Assembly (NCBI GenBank): GCA_951406725.2
Contig: OX597828.1
Location: forward strand, 45,818,001 to 45,882,000
Length of the DNA stretch: 64,000 bases
DNA from: Octopus vulgaris
Lineage: Eukaryota
Direction of reading: 5' to 3'
The notes beneath the pieces are model-generated. The model saw nothing but the letters and a program-made list of their open reading frames with translations. It did not search any database and had not been told where the DNA came from. Position numbers and translations under genes: made by a program. This document shows positions 27,954 through 40,129 of this stretch, one piece after another (position 1 is the stretch's first letter; every line of letters begins with the position of its first letter).

Positions 27954-28026
<73 letters not shown>

Positions 28027-28028
<2 letters not shown>

Positions 28029-28309
28029 AGGTGCAATGGCCTAGTGATTAGGGTCGAAGGATCGCGGTTTCGATTCCCAGACCGGGCTTTGTGTGTGTTT
28101 ATTGAGCGAAAACACCTTAAAGCTCCACGAGGTTCCGGCAGGGGTGGTGATCCCTGCTGTACTCTTTCACCACTCTTTCTCTCACTCTTTCGTCTGTTGG
28201 CCTGCTCGCTTAGCCAGCGGGGTGGCGTCATTCGAAGGCTAAAACAATGCGAACGCATTGTGACCAGCGATGTGTAGCAACATCTGATGGTCTGGTCGGT
28301 CACGTGATT

Positions 28310-28315
<6 letters not shown>
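28027..28315 (+). mobile_element. SINE family C (tail type 2)
   Basis: Head ggaggtgcaatggcctagtg...gtttcgattcccagaccgg; tail gtctggtcggtcacgtga. Confidence 0.85.
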
Positions 28316-28364
<49 letters not shown>

Positions 28365-28386
28365 ATGTATACACATATATATACAT

Positions 28387-28450
28387 GGGCATATGGTGTA
28401 GTGGTTAAGAGCACGGGCTACTAACCCCAAGAGTCCAAGTTCGATTCCAG
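28387..28450 (+). mobile_element. SINE family D tRNA-like head, truncated
   Basis: gggcatatggtgtagtggttaagagcacgggctactaaccccaagagtccaagttcgattcc; A and B boxes present; matches 57827-57890. Confidence 0.75.
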
Positions 28451-28724
28451 TGTAAACACAAACACACACACTCTGTCTGTCTGCTTGTCTCTCTCTCTAC
28501 ACACACATTTCTTAAATGGCGGTGCCCCAGCATGGCCACAGCTCGTGAGCTGAAACTAGATAAAAATAAAAATAAAAATATAAAAATATATAAGTATACA
28601 TGTATACATATATGAGCATACATATAAATGTATGCATGTATACACACACACACATATATACATACAGATACATACGTATACATATATATATATATGTATA
28701 TATCTTTATACATACATACATACA

Positions 28725-28755
<31 letters not shown>

Positions 28756-28867
28756 GTATATGTATATATATATAGACATATATAGAGATAGATAGATAGA
28801 TAGATAGATATATAGATAGATAGATAGACAGATATATAGATATAGATATTCACATATATACACATAT

Positions 28868-29317
28868 ATGTGACATGACAGAAGTTAATAGACCCCTATA
28901 AAACATCGTTTTATGCTTATTTTAAGTTGAAAAGGTTAACATTTTTTATTAATTGACATTTTTTTGTCTCATGTTCTATATACGACTGTTTAATCGTGCC
29001 ACGTACAAAAGAAGCTTTAAAACTGTCCTAATTTTAAAGTGGCCGTATTGTGGGTTAATTTGAAGGTGGATTTAATGAGCGTAAGATCGCTGAAAACCTT
29101 GGGATCCTGCTTTCTTGAGTTAATAGAGTGATTGTGCAATTCAACAGAGAAGGAACGGAGTGCACATCACCTCGCCTAGGTCAACCGGAACTCTTTGACA
29201 GGGGCTTTCGCAGATATTCACATTATAATAATTATTAAATCATTTGATTGTATAATTTCAGGTTTAAATAAATTTTAACGATTATAAGGGTGTCTATTTA
29301 CTTCTGTCACGTCTGTG
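28868..29317 (+). mobile_element. Internally deleted Tc1-like transposon
   Basis: TIRs gacatgacagaagttaatagac and gtctatttacttctgtcacgtc; remnant N-terminal HTH SGRIVG*FEGGFNERKIAENLG...VNRVIVQFNREG...PRLGQP. Confidence 0.8.
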
Positions 29318-29361
29318 TGGTGGCACAGACTCAAACGAGGTGAATTTGTTTCTCACATATA

Positions 29362-29425
29362 GCAATATATACTGAGGAGAGATAAGGCTTTAGCCAGAGC
29401 TCGAAATCATGATATAAATAAATGC
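29362..29425 (+). ncRNA. Type I hammerhead ribozyme motif
   Basis: AUAUA CUGAGGA GAG-AUAA-GGCU-UU-AGCC-AGAG-CUC GAA AUCAUGAU A UAAAU. Palindromic stem III, AUA triplet, stem I with one mismatch. Confidence 0.7.
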
Positions 29426-30081
29426 AATTTTGGTCTGTGATGATTCTGAGGAATTATTAGCCACTAACTCGATTTCTGTTGATCTCTTGTATATTTCAGT
29501 GTAATCCGTTGGTTTACTTGAGGATTTAGCAAGTAGGCGCATTATATGGCCACGATTCTAATTATAGCTTAATTATAATTATTAAGTTTTATTCTTTAGC
29601 CACTGAACGCTATTATTACTTAGTACCACCTATATTTTTGTTGTTATTATCAAATATCGGGAGTGTCGTTTGCGTATTCATAAGATCATCACTGAATGAC
29701 GGATTAATCTGTGAACGCACAGGTGAAGCTCCTAATATGTGTTCTGTTAATCTAAGATCATCAAAAAACTAATCCACCCAGTGAGAAATAAATATCATTT
29801 AATGTAAACTGTTTTAAAATAAGAGCTATTAATAGTGTTTTGCAATTAGATTACTTACAGACAAAAGGCACGTTAACTAAACCTACCTAACCTAATCTCT
29901 TGGCGGCAAGAGATTTTTAATAGTTCTTAGGTTTATAATGAAATTAGGTGGGGGAAAAAGAGTACTCAAGTACCATAGGTAGAGTAATGTCCTTTATTTA
30001 AACGCAGCAGAAATATCACAAAACTTACTGAGAGTTTCACGTTCCCGTCTTCGGATAGTTTTGTTAGAATTCTTAAATAAA

Positions 30082-30144
<63 letters not shown>

Positions 30145-30338
30145 ATTCTGTTAGGAACGTGGCAGAGTACAGTACAAAGCTCGTTCACCCTCAGAATTAC
30201 CCTGATGAGCAGCAGTTATCTCATAAATAAGATAAGTTATGTTCCTACTATTCGTCAATATTGTTAAATCTTATCAATTATTCATAAATGTATAGTGTCA
30301 ATATCAGGTCTTCATTTATGTTGTAAATTTATGTTATT

Positions 30339-30449
30339 GAGACCTGAAGAGTGGCTATGTATCGTTGGATCAAAGAAATATTAATTTTTGAGATTATCTG
30401 TTTTTATATTGTAGATTTGTATACATAGTCATGAAACGCGCGTCGTCGC
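30339..30449 (+). ncRNA. Type I hammerhead ribozyme motif with large stem II loop
   Basis: GAGAC CUGAAGA GUGGCUAUGUAU-(58 nt)-AUACAUAGUCAU GAAAC GCGC GUC GUCGC. 12-bp stem II, GUC triplet, short stem I. Confidence 0.75.
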
Positions 30450-30452
30450 TAT

Positions 30453-30642
30453 AATGTGTATTATTTAGTTTAGAAATTTTTAGCACAATATTAGTAATAA
30501 TGTAATTTTAATGTGTATTTTTTAATGTGTATTATTTAGTATAGAAATTGTTAGCACAATATTAATAATAATGTAGTTTTAATGTGTAATTTTTTAATGT
30601 GTATTATTTAGTATAGAAATTTTTAGTACAATATTAATAATA
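30453..30642. repeat. AT-rich minisatellite, 71-72-bp unit, ~2.6 copies
   Basis: aatgtgtattatttagt.tagaaatt starts at 30453, 30524 and 30596. Confidence 0.85.
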
Positions 30643-30817
30643 TATTTAAATTTATATTTTATTATAGATAATATCTTTTATTATTAACAGAATTATTTTA
30701 TGGAGGTTCTATCTCTTAATTCTATGTACATTTAATATCTCGTGAAATTTGATTTAGAATAACTAAATTCAGTTTGTTTTCCCCTATTGCCTTGGAATTT
30801 TATATTCCCTTTTATTA

Positions 30818-30884
<67 letters not shown>

Positions 30885-30905
30885 CTTTATTATTATTATT
30901 ATTAC

Positions 30906-30954
<49 letters not shown>

Positions 30955-30957
30955 AAT

Positions 30958-30991
<34 letters not shown>

Positions 30992-31330
30992 TACGCACAC
31001 CACACACATACATATATGTATGTATGTATATTCGTTTTTCACTCATTTATTACTGTTTTTCTTCTAACTCATGTCCATTGTCCGGAAATATTTCGTCTCA
31101 CACCTGTGACCTCCTCAGCGACACTTTCCATCTTCATGTGTTCTCTTGTCCGAGAATGGAATAGGCAGAGCATGAGTAATATGGGAAGAAAAAACGAATA
31201 TATAGTTCGTGTATTTATTTAGCAAAAAGAAAATGACCATTCCGAAATACAATAATATCTGCTTCAACACAAGACTTCACGTGAGGAGTCTTGCAACACA
31301 CATTCATATGTTTGTATGCATGTGTGTGCA

Positions 31331-31381
<51 letters not shown>

Positions 31382-31390
31382 GTGTGTCTA

Positions 31391-31797
31391 GGCGCAGGTG
31401 TGGAAGTGTGGTCAGAAGATTGCTTCTGAACCACATGGTTGCAGGTTTCGGGTTCTTCTACAACAGCCTCGAACCGACAAAAGTATTGTGAGTGGATTTG
31501 GTAGACGGAAACTGAAAGAAGCCCGTCGTATATATATATATGTGTGTGTTTATGTATATATTTATGCGTGTTTGTCTTTGTGCCCGTGTTTGTCCCCCAT
31601 CATCGTCGCTTGACAACCGGTGTTGGTATGTTTACGTTCCCGTAACTTAATGGTTCGACAAAACAGATCGATAAAATAAGTACCAGGCTTTTAAAAAAGT
31701 AATGACTTGGTGTTGATTTGTTCGACTAGAATGTGGTGCTCCAGCATGGCTGCAGTCAGATGACAGAAACAAGTAAAAGAATAAAAGAATAAAAGAA
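31391..31797 (+). mobile_element. SINE family A, older diverged copy
   Basis: Body and tail match; head partly deleted. Confidence 0.8.
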
Positions 31798-32458
31798 TAT
31801 GTGCCTGTGTGTGTGTTTGTGTGTGTATGTGTGCGTATACACATTTATTCATATATTTATGTATAACTGATGGGCATCCGATCTATTTGCACGAATAAAA
31901 TTGAACGTGGCTGCGTTGATCCGAGTCTATGTTGAGATCGGACACAGCCAGATGCAGGCTTAAGACAAAAGCGTGAAAAAAAGAAACCACAACGTCATCC
32001 CTCTTTTATAATAATTGAGATAAATATCGATTAGACAGTGGGGCTTTTTTCCGTTGACGCTTCACATGGTATACAGAGGTTAAGAGAGAGGGAGAGAAAG
32101 AGAGGATAGAAAGACAGACAGAAGGAGAGAGGGACAGGCAGACAGACAGACAGTTATTGGGTGATAATTAAGAGTGAGTGCACATACGAGGCTTGGTGGC
32201 AGACAATGATAACGATTTTTAGGCAAATTTTGTAAAAAAAGATTTTCGATGAAGAAGACTGCGATTATGTTGATAAAATTTTGAAAAATTATAACAAATT
32301 TATAGCAAGTATACAAATGAGAAATTCATTTTATTTTATTTTAAGAAAATAAATATTTTTCTTTTAAAAATTAGCATTAATATCGTTTTGCATAAGTTCC
32401 AAGAATTTTGTAAAGATAAAATTAGAATTATTTTGTTCACATGAAATATCTTGCCATA

Positions 32459-32833
32459 GGCGTAGGAGTGGCTGTGTGGTAAGTAGCTTGCTTACGAACC
32501 ACATGCTTCCGGGTTCAGTCCCACTACGTGGCACCTTGGGCAAGTGTCTTCTACTATAGCCTCGGGCCGTCCAAAACCTTGTGAGTGGATTTGGTAGACG
32601 GAAACTGAAAGAAGCCCATCGTATATATGTATGTGTGTCTGTGTTTGTCCCCCCAACATCGCTTGACAATAGATGTTGGTGTGTTTACGTCCCCGTAACT
32701 TAGCGGTTCGGCAAACGATACCGATAGACTAAGAACTAGGCTTACAAAGAATAAGTCCTGGGGTTGATTTGCTCGACTAAAGGCGGTGCTCCAGCATGGC
32801 CACAGCCAAATGACTGAAACAAGTAAAAGAGTA
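32459..32833 (+). mobile_element. SINE family A, full length
   Basis: Head, body and tail match. Confidence 0.9.
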
Positions 32834-33189
32834 AGCTAATACAAAAACGATGTAAAATTATTTTATGCTTACCACATTTCTTGATATTAACCACGTGACA
32901 AAATTATACATTTATAGTGCAGTATAGTTTAATAATCCTTTTTGCTATGGTAAAAAGTACGAAATTTTCGATTACATTGACCCCCAGTACTTGATTGGTA
33001 CTTTACTTTATCCAACGCCGCGAGGATAAAAATTAAAGTACACCTCGACGAAATTTGAACTCACAGCGTAAAGACGAACGAAATGTTGGTAAGCACAGTA
33101 CCCGTTGTGCTAACAATTCTGGCAGATCATTGCCTTGCTCTAACTAAATAATAAGCTGTAATGAAACTGTTGTACTGAGAGTAGATAAA

Positions 33190-33450
33190 GATAATACCCA
33201 CAGTTATTCAATATCCTTCCAAACATCCTCAGTGATCTTCGAGGAGTAGATGTGGATGTTTTCAAAAGGCATTTGAACAAAATTTCATCTGCGGTGCCAG
33301 GTAAGCCTACAACGCGGCAGAAATCACAAAGAAAAGCACTTCTCTCCAACTCACTACTTCACCAGACACAATTTCGGAAAGAATACCAAGAGTGAATGAG
33401 AAATAAAAGCCAATCACATGGTGCTTCAGTATGGTCGCACCCTGGAAAAT
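33190..33450 (+). mobile_element. CR1-group LINE 3' end
   Basis: PQLFNILPNILSDLRGVDVDVFKRHLNKISSAVPGKPTTRQ...SNSLLHQ, then tail ggtgcttcagtatggtcgca; homologous to 5080-5310. Confidence 0.75.
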
Positions 33451-33476
33451 GATCGTTTTAAAATCTAAGAACATAT

Positions 33477-33882
33477 CAGGAGTGGCTGTGTGGTAAGTAG
33501 CTTGTCTACCAACCACATGGTTCCGGGTTCAGTCCCACTGCGTGGCACCCTGGGCAAGTGTCTTCTACTATAGCCTCGGGCCGACCAAAGCCTTGTGAGT
33601 GGATTTGGTAGACGGAAACTGAAAGAAGCCCGTCGTATATATGTATATATATATATATATATGCGTGTGTGTGTTTGTGTGCCTGTGTTTGTCCCCTAGC
33701 ATTGCTTGACAACCGATGCTGGTGTGTTTATGTCCCCGTTACTTAGCGGTTCGGCAAAAGAGACCGATAGAATAAGTACTGGGCTTACAAAAGAATAAGT
33801 CCCGGGGTCGAGTTGTCGATTAAAAGGCGGTGCTGCAGCATGGCCACAGTCAAATGACTGAAACAAGTAAAAGAGTAAAAGA
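33477..33882 (+). mobile_element. SINE family A, full length
   Basis: Head, body and tail match. Confidence 0.9.
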
Positions 33883-34896
33883 ATATCGACCAAAGTATTT
33901 CGTTATTATCTTATTTTACACAGCCGGGAACGATGAAAGGCGAAAGTAAACACGAAACGATTTGAACACAAAACGTAGATAATCGAAGACAAATCGTTAA
34001 GCACTTTCGCTGACGGTCGAACGCAGTGTTTCCCAACCGATTTTTACCCAGATGCCACGATAACTTTACAGCAAAATATATACCCACAAGTAATTGGAAA
34101 AAAAAACCCCAGCTTTATTTTTAATATTTTATCACAGTTGTCTAATGCCAAAAGATCTATTGGTAACTATTTTATTAAGTTCTGACTACAAAAAAAAAAA
34201 TACATTATTGATTTAAAAGAAAAAGGGATTATCATAATTCAAAAGAAGTTTTTCACAATTACAGAAAAGATTTTCACAATTATCCCAACCCACAAAAAAA
34301 AAAAAAAAAAAAGAAAAGAAATTAGGACACCACGCCCTTCCAGAATTTTCCACATGCCCCACGTACGGAACTGTTAGATTCTGCCAAGAAAATTTCTATT
34401 ACAATTTTGTTGTGTCTGGGGCGAGTCATTCTGTTTCAATGCCTTAATAATTAACACGTTCACCGGTTCAATTTCCACTCATTTACTTCTTTTTTTCTTT
34501 TTCTGAAACTGTCATTGCCTCTTACAATCTTTTCAGTGTCTATTACAATGTTTTATCAATATTGGTTTTCAAAAGGTCGACATTATTGATTCGATGTGGG
34601 GTAATCAAAACCCTCGAATAACCTACTTGACTAGTAACTAATTCTAATGATCCAGAACAAACGAGTGGCAAAGATGATTTCGACGGGATCTGAACTCGTT
34701 AATATAAAGTTAGTACTATTCCGATAATGGCATTAAAGAGGCTGTAATGTATATTCAAAGTATAGGATGACATTTTCTCTGGTATATTTTCTTATTGTAA
34801 ATATTGTTTTAGACATCAAAATATAGGAAATATAAATAGATCTTGACTCGCTTTCTCTCTCTATCTCACCGTATACATACATACATACATACATAC

Positions 34897-34960
<64 letters not shown>

Positions 34961-35093
34961 ATGTATATATATATATATATAGGTGCACACACAAACATTT
35001 ATATACATATATATATGTGTAAATATATATATATGTATATAAATATACATATACATATGTATATGTATATATATGTATATATATATATACATG

Positions 35094-35145
<52 letters not shown>

Positions 35146-35168
35146 TACACGCACAAACATTTATATAC

Positions 35169-35219
<51 letters not shown>

Positions 35220-35767
35220 CATATATATATGTGTAAATATTTGTATCTATATATTTATCTCTGTATCCATCTATACACACACACACACACACACACACAT
35301 ATTTACACATACATGTATAGCGTGAAGAGCATTGGATCCTGAAAGTCATTGAAGCTTTTTGTTATTTTTTAATATCCAAGAGCTTACGTAATATTGTGTT
35401 TGGCAGTTAAAAACAGCGTTGGGTTTATATTTAGAAAACTCTAAGATATAAAGCGAAGAGGAGTTACTTTCATATTGATGAATTGTGTGTAACACCCAGC
35501 CTCTATGGTATCCCACTGAGATACACACACACACTCACACAAAACATACACACACACATATGTATGTATGTAGGTAGGTAGGTATAGGTACAAATACATC
35601 CAGAGATGTGTATATATATATACACACACACACACTCGTATGTGTGTTTGTATAGATATACTCCCACACTATAATCACATAGAATTATCTGTGTATGTAT
35701 ATATATGTGTGTTATATATTATGTATATATGTACGCTAAATTTGTGATACATACATATATATATGTG

Positions 35768-35816
<49 letters not shown>

Positions 35817-35830
35817 GGATATACATTTAC

Positions 35831-35936
<106 letters not shown>

Positions 35937-36352
35937 ATATATATAAACATATATAATTATATATATTTATATATATATATGCATGAATATATGTATGTAT
36001 TATGTATGTATGTATGTATGTATACGTGCGTAATTATATGTCTGAATATATATGTATATATTTATACATGCAGGCTCATGTATGTGTGAGCGCGTGTGTG
36101 TTCGTATGCGTGTGTGGTGTTACGTGCCTTAGTCGATAGTTTTTTGCCCTCAAGATAGTAAGATAGTGATTCTGTCTCCAGGACTGATGGTTATGTTGTG
36201 ATCTTGAGCGAAAAATGAGTAAGTCTACGATGGACCAGCGTACTGTCCTTAACATAAACATGTACAAGCACACACATATACACATATATAAATATATGTG
36301 TGGCTAAAACGCAATATTACGACCTGAAGGCAGGAATATATACGTCACTATA

Positions 36353-36970
36353 GGCGGCGAGCTGGCAGAGACGTTAGCACGTCGGGGAGTAATGCTTAGC
36401 GGTATTTCGTCTGTCGCTACGTTCTGAGTTCAAATTCCGCCGTGGTCGACTTTGCCTTTCATTTTTTCGTGGTGGATTAAATAAGTACCAGTTACGCACT
36501 GGGGTCGAAATAATTGACTTAATCCATTTGTCTGTTCTTGTTTGTCCTCTCTGTGCTTAGCCCTCTGTGGGTAGTAAAAAAACAGGTATTTCGTCTGCCG
36601 CTACGTTCAGAGTTCAAATTCCGCCGAGGTCGACTTTGCCTTTCATCCTTTCGGGGTCGATAAATTAAGTACCATTTACGCACTGGGGTCGATATAATCG
36701 ACTTAATCACTTTGTCTGTCCTTGTTTGTCCCCTCTGCGTTTAGCCCCTTGTGGGCAATAAAGTAATAAGAAAATTTAGCACGCCGGGTGAAATACTCAG
36801 CAGTATTTCGTGTGTCTTTACGTACTTAGTTCAAATTCCGCCGAGGTCGACTTTGCCTTTCATCCCCTAGGGGTTGATAAAATAATTATCAGTTGCGTAC
36901 TGGGGTCGATATAATCGACTGCCCTCCTCCCACAAAATTTCAGACCTCGTACCTAGGTTAAAAAAGAATA
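36353..36970 (+). mobile_element. SINE family B with three tandem internal units
   Basis: gtatttcgt...gttcaaattccgccg...gtcgactttgcctttcat occurs three times before the tail. Confidence 0.88.
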
Positions 36971-37254
36971 TATAAGTCACTAAAGTCAACAAGGGCACTA
37001 ATCAGCCAGCCAGCAAAAGTCGCGTGTCTTAGTCGTTACGTTGCTGCTTAGTCACAGTGAGAGTCTCTGATGAGCGTTGAAATGCATTAAGCATCAAAAC
37101 ACGAAATCATCGATCATCTGGCTGTATCTGCGACCATAGGGAGCGTGTTCGTTATGATATTGCTTTTGTTGACTATTGAGAATTGTTTTGGCTAGTATTT
37201 CTATCAATACTGGTGCTGATTAGTACCCCTCTTCAATTTATATATATATATAGT

Positions 37255-37415
37255 AGTTGGTGGTAAGTAGCTTACCTGACAACCACATACTTCCAGGTTC
37301 AGTCCCACTGCGTGGCACCTTGGGTAGGTGTCTTCTACTATAGCCTCGGGCCGACCAAAGCCTTGTGAGTCGATTTGTGGATTTGGTAGACGGAAACTGA
37401 AAGAGGCCTGTCGTA

Positions 37416-37506
<91 letters not shown>

Positions 37507-37741
37507 ATGTATATATCTATCTATGTATATGTTTGTGTGTCTGTGTTTGTCCACCCAACATCGCTTGACAATCGATGCTAGTGTGTTTACGTCCCCGTAA
37601 CTTAGCGGTTCGGCAAAAGAGACTGATAGAATAAGTACTAAGCTTACAAAGAATAAGTCCTGGTGTCAATTTGCTCGACTAAAGGCGGTGCTTCACCATG
37701 GCCACAGTCAAATGACTCAAACAAGTAGAAGGGTAAAAGAG

Positions 37742-37742
<1 letters not shown>
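37255..37742 (+). mobile_element. SINE family A
   Basis: Body and tail match; expanded internal microsatellite. Confidence 0.88.
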
Positions 37743-37789
<47 letters not shown>

Positions 37790-38430
37790 CATACATATAT
37801 ATACACACGACGTGTTTATTTCTGTTTGCATCTAACAAATCCACTTACAAGCGACTTCACTCCATCTAGGTCTATATTACAAAACACCTGCACATATTCA
37901 CACGCAGTGGGACTGAACCCGGAACCATGCAATTAGGAATCGAAATTCTTACCAAAAAACCACGCCTGTACTTGTAAACTCATACACACACACACACGCA
38001 CGAACACACACACACACACAATCACACGCTCACTCACACACATAGGTGTGCGTGTGCGCGAGTTAGTGAATACTGGTAAAGTAACAAATACAGAGGCAGA
38101 TTTAAGTAGGCATTTGGGAACGAAAGAGATAGAAAATCTACCTTAGATGAGTCATTATCTTAACTTTCACTTCAATAAGATGGATTATTTGGCAAAACCT
38201 AACTCTGCTTTATAATATAAACACCATTGTGCCACTTGGGATCGAACTACGTACCACCAGATATCAATTCGCTATAAGTTCTCAATTAACCATGTCTGCC
38301 GTGTACGAATATCATTGCATGGGAAAGTTTCAATCCGGAACTTCCACTCACTGGTAAACACACAAATCATGTTTGCTTGTATGCCTCCATATATGTGTGT
38401 TTACGTACATACATAAATACACAGACACAG

Positions 38431-38509
<79 letters not shown>

Positions 38510-38575
38510 CATCATCATCATCATCATCATTATTAATATTATTATTATTATCATCATCATTATTATTATTATTAC

Positions 38576-38644
<69 letters not shown>

Positions 38645-38858
38645 GCCGGTGAGCTGGCAGAATCGTTAGCACGCCGGGCGAAATGCTTAGCGGCATTTCG
38701 TTTGCCACTATAAACTTAGTTCAAATTCCGCCGAGGTCGAATTTGCCTTTCATCATTTCGGGGTTGATAAATTAAGTACCAGTTGCGTACTGAGGTTGAT
38801 CTAATCGACTGGCCCCTCCCACAAAATTTCGGTCGTCGTTGTACCTAGAGTAGAAAGG

Positions 38859-38860
<2 letters not shown>
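38645..38860 (+). mobile_element. SINE family B (near-identical twin at 39856-40072)
   Basis: Lies within (ATT)n; carries the private variant gccactataaacttagttc. Confidence 0.88.
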
Positions 38861-38929
<69 letters not shown>

Positions 38930-38954
38930 CATTATTATTATTATTATTATATTC

Positions 38955-39850
38955 TTTTTTTCTTCTTTCAAATTTGCTTCCATTTCTTGCCGAGTGCCTT
39001 CCCGACTCCTAGGGCAAAGAAACTCATAGTATACGTTGGTAGGCCATTAAAATAAACTCACTAGTTCGTTCATTTTTTTTTTTAAGTTAAATTAAAATAC
39101 ATGGGTAGTAATAGTTCTCACATCGACAATGCTCTTCTCAATACGTGTGATGTACCAGTTAAGACAATCTTTTGCACTTCTTGCAGGGATGGTAAGCCAG
39201 GGATCATTCTCATATAATTTTCGGTTCCCTTCTTGATCATTCCTAGTGCTCCTACGATCACTGGTAACGTAACCGCCTTGAGATGCCACATTTTCTCAAT
39301 TTCAATGAGTAGGTCTTTATATTTTCTGAGCTTGTCAAACTCTTTCGCCGAGATATTATGATCACAAGGGATTGCTCATGTCGATCAATAAGCAAACTTT
39401 ATTGTTTTGGTCTTTCACAATATCCGGTTTATTGGCTTTGATGGTTCGGTCTGTATGTACTGGAAAGTCCCACAGAATCGTTACATTTTCTCCTTCAGTT
39501 ACAGCTTCAGGGTGGTGATTATACCACTTGTCGGCAGTTTTGAAATTGTAATGCCGACTTATTAGCCAGTGTAGATATTGGCCAACTCTGTCATGTCTTA
39601 ATTTATACTCCACTGGTGCTAAGACTTTACATCCAGAGATTAGGTGGTCCACTGTTTCGATCATGTCGTTGCAGAATCGGCATTTTGGGTCTGCTCCATT
39701 GTTCATCACATTGGCCTGGTAGTTCCGGGTTAATAGGCTTTGATCTTGAGCAGCCAGGATGAAACCTTCGCTCTCTGCTTTTAGCCCTGATCTCCGTAGC
39801 CACTGATGAGTTTGCTTCTGGTCAACATCAGCTTGTTTGCTACGGGCCAC
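38955..39850 (-). mobile_element. R4/Dong-like 3' fragment: CCHC, RHD and PD-(D/E)xK-type REL domain, plus 3' UTR
   Basis: ORF 39362-39850: FILAAQDQSLLTRNY...KCRFCNDMIETVDHLISGC...RHDRVGQYLHW...ILWDFPVHTDRTIKANKPDIV; ends at (TAA)n. Confidence 0.9.
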
Positions 39851-40071
39851 TATTAAGCCGGTGTTCTGGCAGAATCGTTAGCATGCCGGCCGAAATGCTT
39901 AGCGGCATTTCGTTTGCCACTATAAACTTAGTTCAAATTCTGCCGAGGTCGAATTTGCCTTTCATCATTTCGGGGTTGATAAATTAAGTACCAGTTGCGT
40001 ACTGAGGTTGATCTAATCAACCGGCCCCCTCCCACAAAATTTCGGTCGTTGTTGTACCTAGAGTAGAAAGG

Positions 40072-40110
<39 letters not shown>

Positions 40111-40129
40111 GTTTATTATTAGTATTATG

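Larger units (their letters stand above)
27664..27958. repeat. Near-perfect ~295-bp palindrome (1-nt spacer at 27812) inside a (TA)n-flanked element spanning 27606-27958
   Basis: Centre is gtgctgcatctc-a-gagatgcagcac; the arms differ by a few substitutions and a 2-nt indel. Confidence 0.95.

Noticed and set aside
34024-34375. hAT-type MITE starting cagtgtttcccaacc (similar end at 48949)
   Set aside because: Only one terminus is recognisable; no matching TIR or 8-bp TSD was found.
37060-37125. CUGAUGA GCGUU...AACAC GAAAUCAUCGAUC hammerhead candidate
   Set aside because: Core and stem III are plausible but no stem I forms; at most a decayed copy, so it was not counted.
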